NCBI GenBank assembly: GCA_021513695.1
Contig: CP084166.1
Location: forward strand, 512,001-576,000
From: Candidatus Heimdallarchaeum aukensis
GTDB taxonomy: Archaea; Asgardarchaeota; Heimdallarchaeia; Heimdallarchaeales; Heimdallarchaeaceae
Reading direction: 5' to 3'
DNA: 64,000 nt
A program made the position numbers and the translations under genes. The notes under the pieces were generated by a model. It searched no databases and was not told where the DNA came from. It saw only the letters and a list, made by a program, of their open reading frames with translations. This document shows, one piece after another, positions 9,537 to 19,372 of this stretch (position 1 is its first letter; the number at the start of each line of letters is the position of its first letter).

Positions 9537-12500
9537 ATGAAAAAGAAAGTATTTTTTATTATTAACATTCTAGTAATTATGTTATTGTTTTCTTCTTCAA
9601 CTTTTACTTTTGCTACAAAGCAAATAGACAAAAATACAGAGATCACTATTACAAGTATTGAAGAGTTTAACTTGAAGGAGAAACAAGTAATTGTAGGAGG
9701 TTACAGAGAGTTCTGCTATGGATGGGTAGGAACTGATGGTTGGGTAAATAGCTACGTCGGATTTGAAGGAATTGGATTAGTAGTGGGAAACTTGGATTTT
9801 TCAACCATTCCACAAATTTACATCGAGAATCTAGATTGGATTTCTCTCTCTACTCATTATTCTGAAGATCCATACGAGTGGAATACTAATCTTGATATTG
9901 ACTTTAGTGAATTAAGTTTTGAAGACGCTCAAAATGCAGCAGATTTAGTAAAAGAAATAATTCAACAATTCCTAATCGTAGAACTTGAGTTTGAAGGTTC
10001 GTACAGTTATGATGAGTGGAGAGGAGAATGGGTAGAAATAATATCATTTAGATATTCAGGACATGCGGACTGGTCAAACATCAAAGAATTGTATGAAGGA
10101 AGTATTCCTAGAGAAAAAGGAGGTATAGCTGAGACAATAGATATTGCAGAAGCTAAAGAATTGAGATTTGAAGGTTGGTATAATAGCTACGAACAAGCAG
10201 TGGTGGGAAGAATCGGTTTTTCATTCGGTTTCCAAAAAACAACTTTAGTCGGTGGACATTCAATAAGTTTGAAAGAGATTTTCCATATCGCAGATTTTGA
10301 AGCTTCATCAGAAGCGAGCAACCCACTAAACATATATGTAGAGTTGCCAGATGTTGAAAATTTAGATATAAGCCCTTGGTATAATGATACCCAACTAATG
10401 ATGTACTTGGAATATCACCCAAATATAGAAGAACCTTGGATCAAAGATTCAGCTTATTCAATCATAATAGATTTAAGTTCTGGAAAATATATAAGCGATT
10501 TTATTGTTTCATTTGACTACACATTTATTCCTTGGGACTTAAGAATACTTGAAGAAGCAGAATATTACATAGATCCAAGAGGATACGATAGCCGATATAT
10601 TGGTTACCAAGGTAGTCTTGCTTCTCTCTCAACAGATGCTTTTGACGAGTCAGTTCTTGAAAACATCTTCAACATTGATTTATGGTACTATGTAAATGCT
10701 TATTCTGTTGCAGAATATGCAAATATAGTTATCGATTTAAGATATACTGGGCCAGGTCCACACAACAATGACACTATAATTAGCTATTTTGAATCAATTC
10801 TTGGTTATACCTTTACTTTTGACGAAGTTACCACAGAATATGTATGGGACTATTATCAACAGCAAGATGTAGAAATAACTAGATATACCTCACATATACA
10901 AAACTTCCCTAAAGCAGATTTTGATAACTTAGTAGCTAATAGTATAGCCTATAAACATTCATCTATGATTAACAGCTCAAATATTCTTCCTGATATTACT
11001 AGATTTCATTGGAAAATAGACTACTTATCTATTTTTGATGATTATAGACACGAAATAGGCTTTTATGATTATAGTTTAGATGAATTTGAAGAATCACCAA
11101 CAAAAGCTTATACTGAAACCAGCGTCCCAAATACATATACCATAGATCTACTAAACAAATTCGGATGGACAACCTTTCCATACTCTTCTGAATCTTCGCA
11201 AATGAAAATAAGATTTGAGTCAACAATCACTGATTTAGATTCAGTGGTTTTTGACCCAGATAAAGGAAATGGATGGGGATATGATTCCTGGTTCTGGTTT
11301 TACTCGTGGAGTAATTATCAATATATCTATTATGATTTCAACTGGTTTACTGAAACTCCATATACAACAGACGATAATGGGAACAAAGTTGATCCTCTAA
11401 CAGGATTGACTATATCATTTGATAATCAATTTGAACCAGATACAATAGATATTGAACCTCCAAACATTAATGGACTACGTTATTATCCTTACCCAGACTT
11501 TTGGGACTGGGATATTTGGAGTTATTCCTATTCTGGATTAAACTTGTTTGGGGTAGATGTTGATGACAATGGATGGTTGTATTATTACGATACAAGTGTA
11601 GGGTATATGGTTCCGAGATTTCCAGGAAGTGGAGTAGATTCTGTAGAAGGAAAATTATTTTACACTGCATTACCTACAGAATTAAGCGGTGTAACTCAAA
11701 ACGTCTCCTTTATTTGGAATACCACTGCTAATCTTTACACAACTTATGTTGATTTCTCAAGTGGAGATTTTGCAGACGGTGAATGGGGTTTTGAAGTGTA
11801 TGCTAATGATTCTTATGGAAACGAGGCATGGATGTATGAGACTATAACTGTTGATAACTATGACGATGCAGAGTATGTAAATCCTGCTTCAGTAGTCTGG
11901 ACATCTACAACTCCAGAAGATGGAGCTACAGTTACTGGTGAGATAACTATAGAAGCAGAAATAACAGATGATGTAGGTGTATTCTTGGCAGTAATTTGGG
12001 CAAACTTTGGAGGATGGTTGTTTGAAGATCCAGACGAAGACGGAATTTATTCTAAAACAATCGATACAACTTACTACGTTGATGGGCCTTTAGAAATAAT
12101 TATAGAAGTATGGGACATGGAAGGACATCATACAGTTGTTTCAAGGACTTTTACAATAGACAATGTTCCTTCTGGAAACCCACCAACAATAACGTTCATT
12201 TATCCAACTGATGGAGAAACAGTAACAGGAACAATTTTGATTCAAGCAGAAGTAATCGATGATATTGGATTAAGATCTGTTACTTTCAGTGTAGATGACA
12301 GAACACCAATGGCTATGAGTTATAACGATGAAACAGGATACTACGAAGTAAGTTATAACACAAATCAGTTAACTAATGGAATGCATACATTCTACATTAC
12401 AGCAGTAGATCAAGACGAAAACGTACATACTGTTACAGCATCGATAGAAATAGAAGTAACAGGAAGCACAGGGACAGGAGAAGGCAATCCTCCAGAATAT

Positions 12501-12947
12501 AAGCTGATAAATGTACCAGTTAATCAAACAGAAGAGGAATTAGCAACACAAATAACTGCTGCAGTAGATGAATCAAAAGCAGTTGTTGATGTGTTTGTAT
12601 GGGAAATTGAAGCAAAAGACGATTATGGTCTTAATCAAATCTCTATTTCTATAGATGACAATCTGTCTGCAATGGAAGGAGCTGATGCAGGACCAGACAC
12701 ATGGAGTACATGGACCTACGAATGGGATAGCACAGAAGTAAAAGACGGAGCTCATTATGCGGTAATAACAATTTCTGATATTGATACAAATCAACATACA
12801 GTAAAAATTGTTATTGGTTTTACAACAAATAACGGAAATGTCGGAGAAAAGAAAACATTCGGAATTGATGGTTTCACCTACTTCTGGACTATTTTAGCAA
12901 TAATACCAATTTCAGTCATTAAAATTTTAAGAAGAAGAAAGCAATAA
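9537..12947 (+). CDS. Large secreted cell-surface protein with repeated Ig-like domains and C-terminal TM anchor
   Basis: There is an N-terminal signal peptide (MKKKVFFIINILVIMLLFSSSTFTFA) with a GGGGT SD-like site upstream. Ig-like modules repeat (PEDGATVTGEITIEAEITDD, PTDGETVTGTILIQAEVIDD). A C-terminal hydrophobic helix is followed by a basic tail (WTILAIIPISVIKILRRRKQ). Confidence 0.6.
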   Translation: MKKKVFFIINILVIMLLFSSSTFTFATKQIDKNTEITITSIEEFNLKEKQVIVGGYREFCYGWVGTDGWVNSYVGFEGIGLVVGNLDFSTIPQIYIENLDWISLSTHYSEDPYEWNTNLDIDFSELSFEDAQNAADLVKEIIQQFLIVELEFEGSYSYDEWRGEWVEIISFRYSGHADWSNIKELYEGSIPREKGGIAETIDIAEAKELRFEGWYNSYEQAVVGRIGFSFGFQKTTLVGGHSISLKEIFHIADFEASSEASNPLNIYVELPDVENLDISPWYNDTQLMMYLEYHPNIEEPWIKDSAYSIIIDLSSGKYISDFIVSFDYTFIPWDLRILEEAEYYIDPRGYDSRYIGYQGSLASLSTDAFDESVLENIFNIDLWYYVNAYSVAEYANIVIDLRYTGPGPHNNDTIISYFESILGYTFTFDEVTTEYVWDYYQQQDVEITRYTSHIQNFPKADFDNLVANSIAYKHSSMINSSNILPDITRFHWKIDYLSIFDDYRHEIGFYDYSLDEFEESPTKAYTETSVPNTYTIDLLNKFGWTTFPYSSESSQMKIRFESTITDLDSVVFDPDKGNGWGYDSWFWFYSWSNYQYIYYDFNWFTETPYTTDDNGNKVDPLTGLTISFDNQFEPDTIDIEPPNINGLRYYPYPDFWDWDIWSYSYSGLNLFGVDVDDNGWLYYYDTSVGYMVPRFPGSGVDSVEGKLFYTALPTELSGVTQNVSFIWNTTANLYTTYVDFSSGDFADGEWGFEVYANDSYGNEAWMYETITVDNYDDAEYVNPASVVWTSTTPEDGATVTGEITIEAEITDDVGVFLAVIWANFGGWLFEDPDEDGIYSKTIDTTYYVDGPLEIIIEVWDMEGHHTVVSRTFTIDNVPSGNPPTITFIYPTDGETVTGTILIQAEVIDDIGLRSVTFSVDDRTPMAMSYNDETGYYEVSYNTNQLTNGMHTFYITAVDQDENVHTVTASIEIEVTGSTGTGEGNPPEYKLINVPVNQTEEELATQITAAVDESKAVVDVFVWEIEAKDDYGLNQISISIDDNLSAMEGADAGPDTWSTWTYEWDSTEVKDGAHYAVITISDIDTNQHTVKIVIGFTTNNGNVGEKKTFGIDGFTYFWTILAIIPISVIKILRRRKQ

Positions 12948-12994
12948 TTTTTTCTTTTTTTTTCTTCTTTTTTCTCTTTTTTAAAAGATCTAAC

Positions 12995-14233
12995 CTACAA
13001 AAAATCTTCTAATTTCTTTTGTTTCTTTTTCAATTCATAAATTTTGGATTTGTTCTTATAATAATCGATTGAGTATGCTAGGAATTTTGGAATATAAGAA
13101 AATGCAGAATCTAGGGTGTCTGTGCTAACTATCTGATTTTGCATTGCTTGTCTTGCTCCTTGCCTTACAACCCAGACACCCAAAGGTAATTTATAATTCT
13201 GGTCAATTTCTCTAAAGGTTATCACTTGTGCTTGTCTTCTTATTTTTCGGAGATACTCCGTAACTGCTAATCTTGTAGCATAATATCCTCCAGATACATT
13301 TTTTGCATAAGTTTTTCGACCATTGTATAGTTCATAATCTGAAATACCAATATCCTTTGCACTTGGATTTAAGTAAGCACCCTTATACCAAACTTCAATT
13401 GCTTCAAAACCCCAAAAATCAGGTATTAATATGATATAAAAACGATTTCCAAAAAAGTAACTTGTAAAAACTTGAAATTCGTTGATTGTTGGAAACTTTT
13501 TGATTTCTTCAATATGTGATTTACTCAAAGTGTCATCAACAGCAGTGATACTCCAACGAGTAGGAACAAGTTTCCTATTTTTGCCCAAACCCAACATTCC
13601 TGCAGACATCACTCTAATTAAATTAGAAACAGAAATATTTTCTTTTCCTAAAATTGTAATCGCTTCTGAAGCTTTTAAATCTGTATCGTAATAAGCTTTC
13701 TCTATAGGTTTTAATGGGGTTTGATTCTCTGTAACATCTAGTTTTCTAATAGGAGCTACAGGTCCATGAGGAGCTAAACGAGGATCAATAGTTAGTCGAG
13801 GAATAATACTCCGTTCAAGTTCAACTTCAACATTGATGGGTTTTATACCTAATAACATTTCATGACTTTTCTGAATAATTCTAGATTCAAGAGGTTTCTT
13901 TGCATCAATTTGTGCCTTAGTCCTAATCATAGATAACCTCATCATAATAATTTCTTCTTGTGTTTTATTATTCCACAAATCACTATCATCAACCACAATA
14001 GACGGTTCTTTCGACGGAGTTAAAACTGGACCAGCATTGATTTCAGGATAGTTAAACCTTCCAACAAAAAAAGCAGGAGGAGCATATGCATCTTCAATTC
14101 TATCGATCTTCTTTACTTGAATACTCATCTCATCCATCCATTTTTTCAATAATGGACAAGGAGAAATACCACACAGATTCCTTGAAGTTTTGCATATTAC
14201 ACATAGCTCAAAATCGATATCCTGCTTTTTCAT
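12995..14233 (-). CDS. Nre-family archaeal DNA-repair-associated protein (DUF650/DUF651-like)
   Basis: The N-terminal Cys4 finger (CVICKTSRNLCGISPCP), the ~410-aa size and the overall architecture resemble archaeal NreA/NreB. The call is by recollection of the family only. Confidence 0.45.
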   Translation of the reverse strand: MKKQDIDFELCVICKTSRNLCGISPCPLLKKWMDEMSIQVKKIDRIEDAYAPPAFFVGRFNYPEINAGPVLTPSKEPSIVVDDSDLWNNKTQEEIIMMRLSMIRTKAQIDAKKPLESRIIQKSHEMLLGIKPINVEVELERSIIPRLTIDPRLAPHGPVAPIRKLDVTENQTPLKPIEKAYYDTDLKASEAITILGKENISVSNLIRVMSAGMLGLGKNRKLVPTRWSITAVDDTLSKSHIEEIKKFPTINEFQVFTSYFFGNRFYIILIPDFWGFEAIEVWYKGAYLNPSAKDIGISDYELYNGRKTYAKNVSGGYYATRLAVTEYLRKIRRQAQVITFREIDQNYKLPLGVWVVRQGARQAMQNQIVSTDTLDSAFSYIPKFLAYSIDYYKNKSKIYELKKKQKKLEDFL

Positions 14234-14378
14234 TATATTTATATCTTTTTTTCAATTTTTAAATATTAATAACATTAATTTAATCTTTTTTTTATATAAT
14301 AAACAAATTATCGAAACATATATGTTAGAATTTTTCATAAAATTAATAAATATGAAAAATAATAACATTTCGATAACA

Positions 14379-14840
14379 ATGAAAATTAATTTAATTTCTA
14401 GGAAAAAAAGCTTGATATTTGGGGTTCTATTGGTTTTAGTGATATCTCTTTCATGGGGAGTGAGAGCAGATAGCAACATGAAACTTTCAATTACCACAGC
14501 ATATTACTGTGACATTGATGGAGATGGATTTGAAGATGATATTTATGCAGAAGCAATAGTATTAGCAGATGAAGGATTCAAATTTTACTACATGGAATAC
14601 TCTTTAATTTACCCATCAGGAAATGTTTATTCTGATGATCATACATATTACACCTTTGATAGTGAAACAACTTTTGTTTTCAGATTAACAAATGCTGCTA
14701 CAGAATCAGGATGGTATACATTAGAAATAACTCTATACGTATTAACTGGTGGTGGAATAACAGTTCTTTACGATAGCTTAGAGTTCGATCCCCCTGGTGG
14801 AAGTGGAGATGAACCAATAGGTGGAGGAGTTTCTCCCTAA
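14379..14840 (+). CDS. Small secreted protein with DxDxDG-like motif
   Basis: A signal peptide MKINLISRKKSLIFGVLLVLVISLSWGVRA and the motif CDIDGDGFEDD are seen. The upstream part of ORF 14190.. overlaps the promoter of the divergent gene and is judged spurious. Confidence 0.4.
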   Translation: MKINLISRKKSLIFGVLLVLVISLSWGVRADSNMKLSITTAYYCDIDGDGFEDDIYAEAIVLADEGFKFYYMEYSLIYPSGNVYSDDHTYYTFDSETTFVFRLTNAATESGWYTLEITLYVLTGGGITVLYDSLEFDPPGGSGDEPIGGGVSP

Positions 14841-14864
14841 ATCTTGCTGAAAAAATAGAAGAAA

Positions 14865-14916
14865 AAAGAAATTAAAACTCCTTAGGTTTTAATTTTTATT
14901 TCCGTCGCTCGCCCCC
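14865..14916. repeat. Intergenic inverted repeat (12-bp stem AAACTCCTTAGG / CCTAAGGAGTTT, 28-nt loop)
   Basis: Perfect 12-bp inverted repeat located between the convergent or adjacent genes ending at 14840 and starting at 15025. Confidence 0.3.
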
Positions 14917-15024
14917 TAAGGAGTTTCTTTCTTTTATTTCTTTCTGATTTAAACTCTACTAGTTACCTATTGTAAAAAATACTTTAATATTTAGTCAGAA
15001 AGAAATAAGGGGCAAAAATAGGAG

Positions 15025-16260
15025 GTGAAAAAAATATATAGAATTCCTTTATTACAAGTAAAAATAATTCATGCATTACAAGATAACCCTTTGGCTTCTT
15101 ATGAAGAGATAGCAAAAAAGGTTAAAATTCCTCTTACCACACTATACAGGAAAATAAGATCACTAGAAGAAAAGAAGATCATTAGAAACACTCTTTCATC
15201 CAAAATAGCTGAAAAAATAGGTTTAACCCGCTATACATTTGAATTTAAGATAAAGTCACTTGAACAGTTTCAACTAATGCAGCTTGCTTTTCATGAGCAT
15301 CCTTTTACTTATCATTATAACAGATTTTACGGAAACCAATTTGGTTTTTATGCTAAATTTGACATTCCTGAAGGAGGAATAAAGTATTTTGAATTATTCT
15401 TAAAAGAATTAATAAATAGAGAAATGTGTGAAAGTTACAACCTATATGCATCTACAGGCCATTGGGTGGATATTCAAGAGCCTATACCAAACACAAAGCT
15501 AAATCCAAAAAGTTTCAACCTTGTTGAATTCTGGGGAAAAAGACAAGAGATGAAAGAAACAAATGGAGAGAAAATTGAGAAAATTGATATAAAAAAATTA
15601 CATCCTATTCAACTTTTAATACTTCGAGATATAAACAGGAATGCTAAGCAGAAACAGAAAGACCTTTTAGAACTTTACAAAAAAGCTTTAGAGAATGAAA
15701 AAGTGAATTCAGAAGAAACAAAAATCATTCCAGAGGCATACAAATCATTCATTGAAGAATTTTTTGAAGGTAGAAGTCATGAAGCAATAATGATGGACTT
15801 TAATCGTAAATATAAATTCGTTTTTGAAAATTTAGTCACTAATTTCAGAATTAACTTTTCTCGTAACTATTTTGAGATATATCCTATGCAAGCTTATGTT
15901 ATTAAAGATATAAGCTCTGAAGAAAGTTTCCAAACTTTAAACTTATTCAAAAAATATAGACCACCTTTCAGAGCAGGTATTGATATATTAAACAGAGGAT
16001 TGTTCATTGCTGTTACTCTCCCACCGTTCTATGCTTCAAGATTCTCATACTTAATATATAGTTCCTATTCTGATTTTAAATTTTATAACATGGACTTCTT
16101 TGGAGAGCATGGTGTGGCTTATCCTTTCTATGTAAATAACTTTGATCCAATAAAAAATGAATGGAAAACAGATAAAAAATGGATAGTAGATGATGTATTT
16201 TCAAGAATTGATGGAAAACTAAACAATGGTAATTATGGTGAAAACAACAATCACCATTAA
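15025..16260 (+). CDS. Protein with N-terminal Lrp/AsnC-type winged HTH and uncharacterised C-terminal domain
   Basis: IIHALQDNPLASYEEIAKKVKIPLTTLYRKIRSLEEKKII matches the AsnC-type HTH pattern. The start codon is uncertain (GTG abutting the SD). Confidence 0.45.
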   Translation: MKKIYRIPLLQVKIIHALQDNPLASYEEIAKKVKIPLTTLYRKIRSLEEKKIIRNTLSSKIAEKIGLTRYTFEFKIKSLEQFQLMQLAFHEHPFTYHYNRFYGNQFGFYAKFDIPEGGIKYFELFLKELINREMCESYNLYASTGHWVDIQEPIPNTKLNPKSFNLVEFWGKRQEMKETNGEKIEKIDIKKLHPIQLLILRDINRNAKQKQKDLLELYKKALENEKVNSEETKIIPEAYKSFIEEFFEGRSHEAIMMDFNRKYKFVFENLVTNFRINFSRNYFEIYPMQAYVIKDISSEESFQTLNLFKKYRPPFRAGIDILNRGLFIAVTLPPFYASRFSYLIYSSYSDFKFYNMDFFGEHGVAYPFYVNNFDPIKNEWKTDKKWIVDDVFSRIDGKLNNGNYGENNNHH

Positions 16261-16399
16261 TTTTTTTATTTTGCACCAAAAGTGTATAATAATTGACTAG
16301 ATATCAACAGTAATTCTTCTTAAATACTCAATTGTTTTTTGCAATTTTTTTGTCTTCAAAAATAGAATAGTTTTTGTATTTGAAGAAAAATAATTACTT

Positions 16400-17512
16400 A
16401 TGGTATCGAGTGAGTTAGAATTATACATAAAAATAGCGCAAATAACTCTTATAACATTTATTCTTGCATACTTTATCTACAGAAGAATAAAAGATAAGAT
16501 TACTGGATTTAACTGGTTTATTTTCTTATTCATTTCAGCCTTAACTCAAGGTATTGTTGAAATGATTTTATATGGATTAACATCAAATGGTTCTATTTCA
16601 GAAAATTCTACTCTACAAGAAGTACATATCATTCCTTATGCAGTTGGGTTATTCACCTTATTCTTATATTGCGAACTAATAATGAGAGAAAGACCAAATG
16701 AGATATTATTGAGCTTTATGACTTTACTGATTGGAGCTTATTTAGCAACTTTTTCTCTAGAACTAGCTTTTAACTTAAATACAGATATCCTTCCTAAATA
16801 TCGTTTAAATAGATTAATTTTCAACATTTTCCAATTTTTTGTTCTATTGGAAGCAACACTAATGTTTGCACTGGATGCGAAGAGAGTTGAATATAAGAAA
16901 CTTAGAAGAATTTCTCTTGTTATAGCAATTGCAATAGGTACATCTGCAGTTTTTGCTTTCTTCAAAATATTGGAATACTGGGTTCTTCCTTTTTCCTTTT
17001 ATGGAGCGATACCTTATGGAATTTTATTTGGAGTTTTAGCAATTGAATTTATTGCCAATCCATTCTTTGTTTATTTGCTACCGTCAAGAATAAACAAAGT
17101 TGTAGTCATAGACGATTCTGGAGTTTTACTATTTGCTGTTAGAGTTGGAAAAGAAGAACCTGACATAATCGAAGACACATTACTTTCTGGAACACTTTCT
17201 GCTATGAAATCAGTAATAAAAGAAACAACAGGAACACAAACAGAACTTCAAAAAATAGAGTTCAGAGATAAATATATGATAGTTGCAGAGAATGAAGAAA
17301 AAACAATTTCTACGATTATTATATGCGACAGAGATTCATTTATGCTACAAACAGCAGCAAGACAATTTATCAACGCCTTTGCTAAAGAGTTTAAAGAACA
17401 TTTAGAAAAGTTTGATGGATCAATTGGTAGGTTTGGTGCTGCTACACATCTAGTGCGACGTATCTTTCCTTTTGTTCCACCTAAGGAAATAGTAGAAGTA
17501 AAAGAAAAGTAA
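16400..17512 (+). CDS. Polytopic membrane protein with C-terminal roadblock/LC7-like domain (paralog 1 of 4)
   Basis: About 6 TM helices are followed by a ~120-aa cytoplasmic domain (VVVIDDSGVLLFAVRVG...TLLSGTLSAMKSVIKETTG...YMIVAE...) with roadblock-like alternation. It is paralogous to 19373.., 25404.. and 52633... Confidence 0.5.
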   Translation: MVSSELELYIKIAQITLITFILAYFIYRRIKDKITGFNWFIFLFISALTQGIVEMILYGLTSNGSISENSTLQEVHIIPYAVGLFTLFLYCELIMRERPNEILLSFMTLLIGAYLATFSLELAFNLNTDILPKYRLNRLIFNIFQFFVLLEATLMFALDAKRVEYKKLRRISLVIAIAIGTSAVFAFFKILEYWVLPFSFYGAIPYGILFGVLAIEFIANPFFVYLLPSRINKVVVIDDSGVLLFAVRVGKEEPDIIEDTLLSGTLSAMKSVIKETTGTQTELQKIEFRDKYMIVAENEEKTISTIIICDRDSFMLQTAARQFINAFAKEFKEHLEKFDGSIGRFGAATHLVRRIFPFVPPKEIVEVKEK

Positions 17513-17651
17513 TAAGTTAGGGTTCAATTCTCTTTTTTTTAGTTTCTCTTTTATTTGAATATTAATCAAAAAGTTGGAAGAAAAAAATAAATAGTTGTTT
17601 AAGAAGCTAGAGAATTAGCAAAACTTAATCATTAAAAAATTGTAGATAAAA

Positions 17652-18545
17652 ATGGAGATTGAAGAAAAAGATAAAGTAAAACATGCTAATAAGGATAAAG
17701 AGAATACGATATACGGAGATTTTAGATCTTTAGGTTTCCTATTTCTTTTTACAGTCTTAACGGCAACAATTCTTTCTCTCGTTGATTTTTCTGTCTTAAG
17801 TAATGCAAAATGGCTTTTATCCTTATTGTTTGTTGCAGATCTAATTTTGTTAATATTTATACTACTTGTTCATAGGAATTTTATAACTATAACAGGTTTC
17901 ATAATTACAGAACAATTAAAAGAGATGTTTATTCCAAAGAAAAGAAACAAAGAAAGATTTCTAAAAAAGATTAACAAGTGGAACAGAAAACAAAAATCAT
18001 ATATAAAAGATGCAAAAGAACTTAAAGAATTGATTCCAAAGCTTATTGGATTAACTCTAATTTATTATTTGCTTATTTTCACTATCTTGTTTGATCCCTC
18101 AGCACTAACAGGTTATGGAGCATATTTCACTGTTATGTATTGGGCTTTTATTCTCTTATATGCCTTTGTTTTTCTCTTCATTATGAGATTATTTAATAAA
18201 CATCCCTTAATTTCTGGAGGAATATTTTGGGGTCTAAATGGACTATCTGTTTTTGGTTTAAAAGTACTTAATCCTATTCCTTTGTCTTTATTACTTTATA
18301 TAGCTGGTAAGAAATCATCTGAAATGAATGATGCAATCATTAGCATTATGCAAAAAACATTAATTGCTAAATTTATTTTTGCAGTTTTAAATGTTGTTAG
18401 TGTAATTGGTATAATTGTTTATTCTTTTAGAAACGCAATGAACTTTAACTTTAGTCCAGACTTAATTGTTTTTAAAGAACAATCTGCAGAAGACAACAAG
18501 AAAGAATTTCGTGGAACTGATAACCAAATTAACAAAGAAGAATAG
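17652..18545 (+). CDS. Hypothetical polytopic membrane protein
   Basis: Multiple hydrophobic helices and no recognised motif. Confidence 0.35.
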   Translation: MEIEEKDKVKHANKDKENTIYGDFRSLGFLFLFTVLTATILSLVDFSVLSNAKWLLSLLFVADLILLIFILLVHRNFITITGFIITEQLKEMFIPKKRNKERFLKKINKWNRKQKSYIKDAKELKELIPKLIGLTLIYYLLIFTILFDPSALTGYGAYFTVMYWAFILLYAFVFLFIMRLFNKHPLISGGIFWGLNGLSVFGLKVLNPIPLSLLLYIAGKKSSEMNDAIISIMQKTLIAKFIFAVLNVVSVIGIIVYSFRNAMNFNFSPDLIVFKEQSAEDNKKEFRGTDNQINKEE

Positions 18546-18557
18546 ATATTCGCTAGA

Positions 18558-19320
18558 GGTAGTGTCTAGTTTTCTTCCGACAAAAATATTTGTGGGGACT
18601 CTAATAGTAAGATATGAAAACACAAAAACTATCTACTCTTTTTAAGAGATGCAGAGTCCCCAAAAAGATAATAATAAAAGCGATTTATGAATATATTGGT
18701 TCAAAGAATGGTTTGAGGACAGTAGCATGGAAGAATGGTTTAACGCATCAAACATTATGGTATTGGGTAAAGAAGTTCAGGCTCTTTAGGGAAAGTTTAC
18801 ATAGAGTTGTAGCAGAAAGAGGGGGAATACCAGAGATTATAGTAGTTGATGAAACAGAGATTAAGACCTCTCAAGGCTCAATATATCTGTGGTTCGCGTT
18901 AGATCCTTACAACAAGACTTTACTGGGTTTTAGTATTACTAAAGGACGGAGTAATCTTGAATGTTTACTAACTTTCCGTTATTGGTTCAAATGTTGGGGT
19001 TTTAAGCCCCGTATTGTCGTTACAGATGCAGGGGTATGGTATCCTGTCTTACTTCGTCTCGGTATCAAAATCTCTGTTATCAAAGGTGGTTTACGCTCCT
19101 ATATTGAACGTTTTAATGCCACCCTTAAGAGTTATCATTGGTTTCATTCTATTCTTCACTGTACTTGTCCTATCCGTGCCGTCTATGGCTCTACTCATCT
19201 TTCTGGTTTCCTTACTCTCTTTATGCTCCATTTTAATTTCGTTCGTCCTCATCAGAGCTTGGGACATCCTCCCCTTAGTTCTTTTTTACCTAGGAGGTGG
19301 TATAAAAACTAGACACTACC
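18558..19320 (+). mobile_element. IS6-family-like insertion sequence, intact copy
   Basis: There are 16-bp perfect terminal inverted repeats GGTAGTGTCTAGTTTT (18558..18573) and AAAACTAGACACTACC (19305..19320). A 10-bp direct repeat ATTCGCTAGA flanks the element. It is 763 bp with a single transposase ORF. Confidence 0.7.
18614..19312 (+). CDS. IS6-family DDE transposase
   Basis: IVVDETEIKTSQGSIYLWFALD (compare IS6 vDEtyvkv..YLyrAiD), VVTDAGVWYP and FVRPHQSLG are seen. The ~230-aa size is typical of IS6. Confidence 0.7.
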   Translation: MKTQKLSTLFKRCRVPKKIIIKAIYEYIGSKNGLRTVAWKNGLTHQTLWYWVKKFRLFRESLHRVVAERGGIPEIIVVDETEIKTSQGSIYLWFALDPYNKTLLGFSITKGRSNLECLLTFRYWFKCWGFKPRIVVTDAGVWYPVLLRLGIKISVIKGGLRSYIERFNATLKSYHWFHSILHCTCPIRAVYGSTHLSGFLTLFMLHFNFVRPHQSLGHPPLSSFLPRRWYKN

Positions 19321-19372
19321 ATTCGCTAGAACTATCAAAGTTTTTAAATAAGTACTTCTTCCTTTTTCTAAT

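Noticed and set aside
14190-14378. 5' extension of ORF 14190..14840 (MHITHSSKSISCFF...)
   Set aside because: It overlaps the start and promoter region of the divergent Nre gene and is low-complexity. A downstream Met gives a canonical signal peptide, so the start was moved to 14379.
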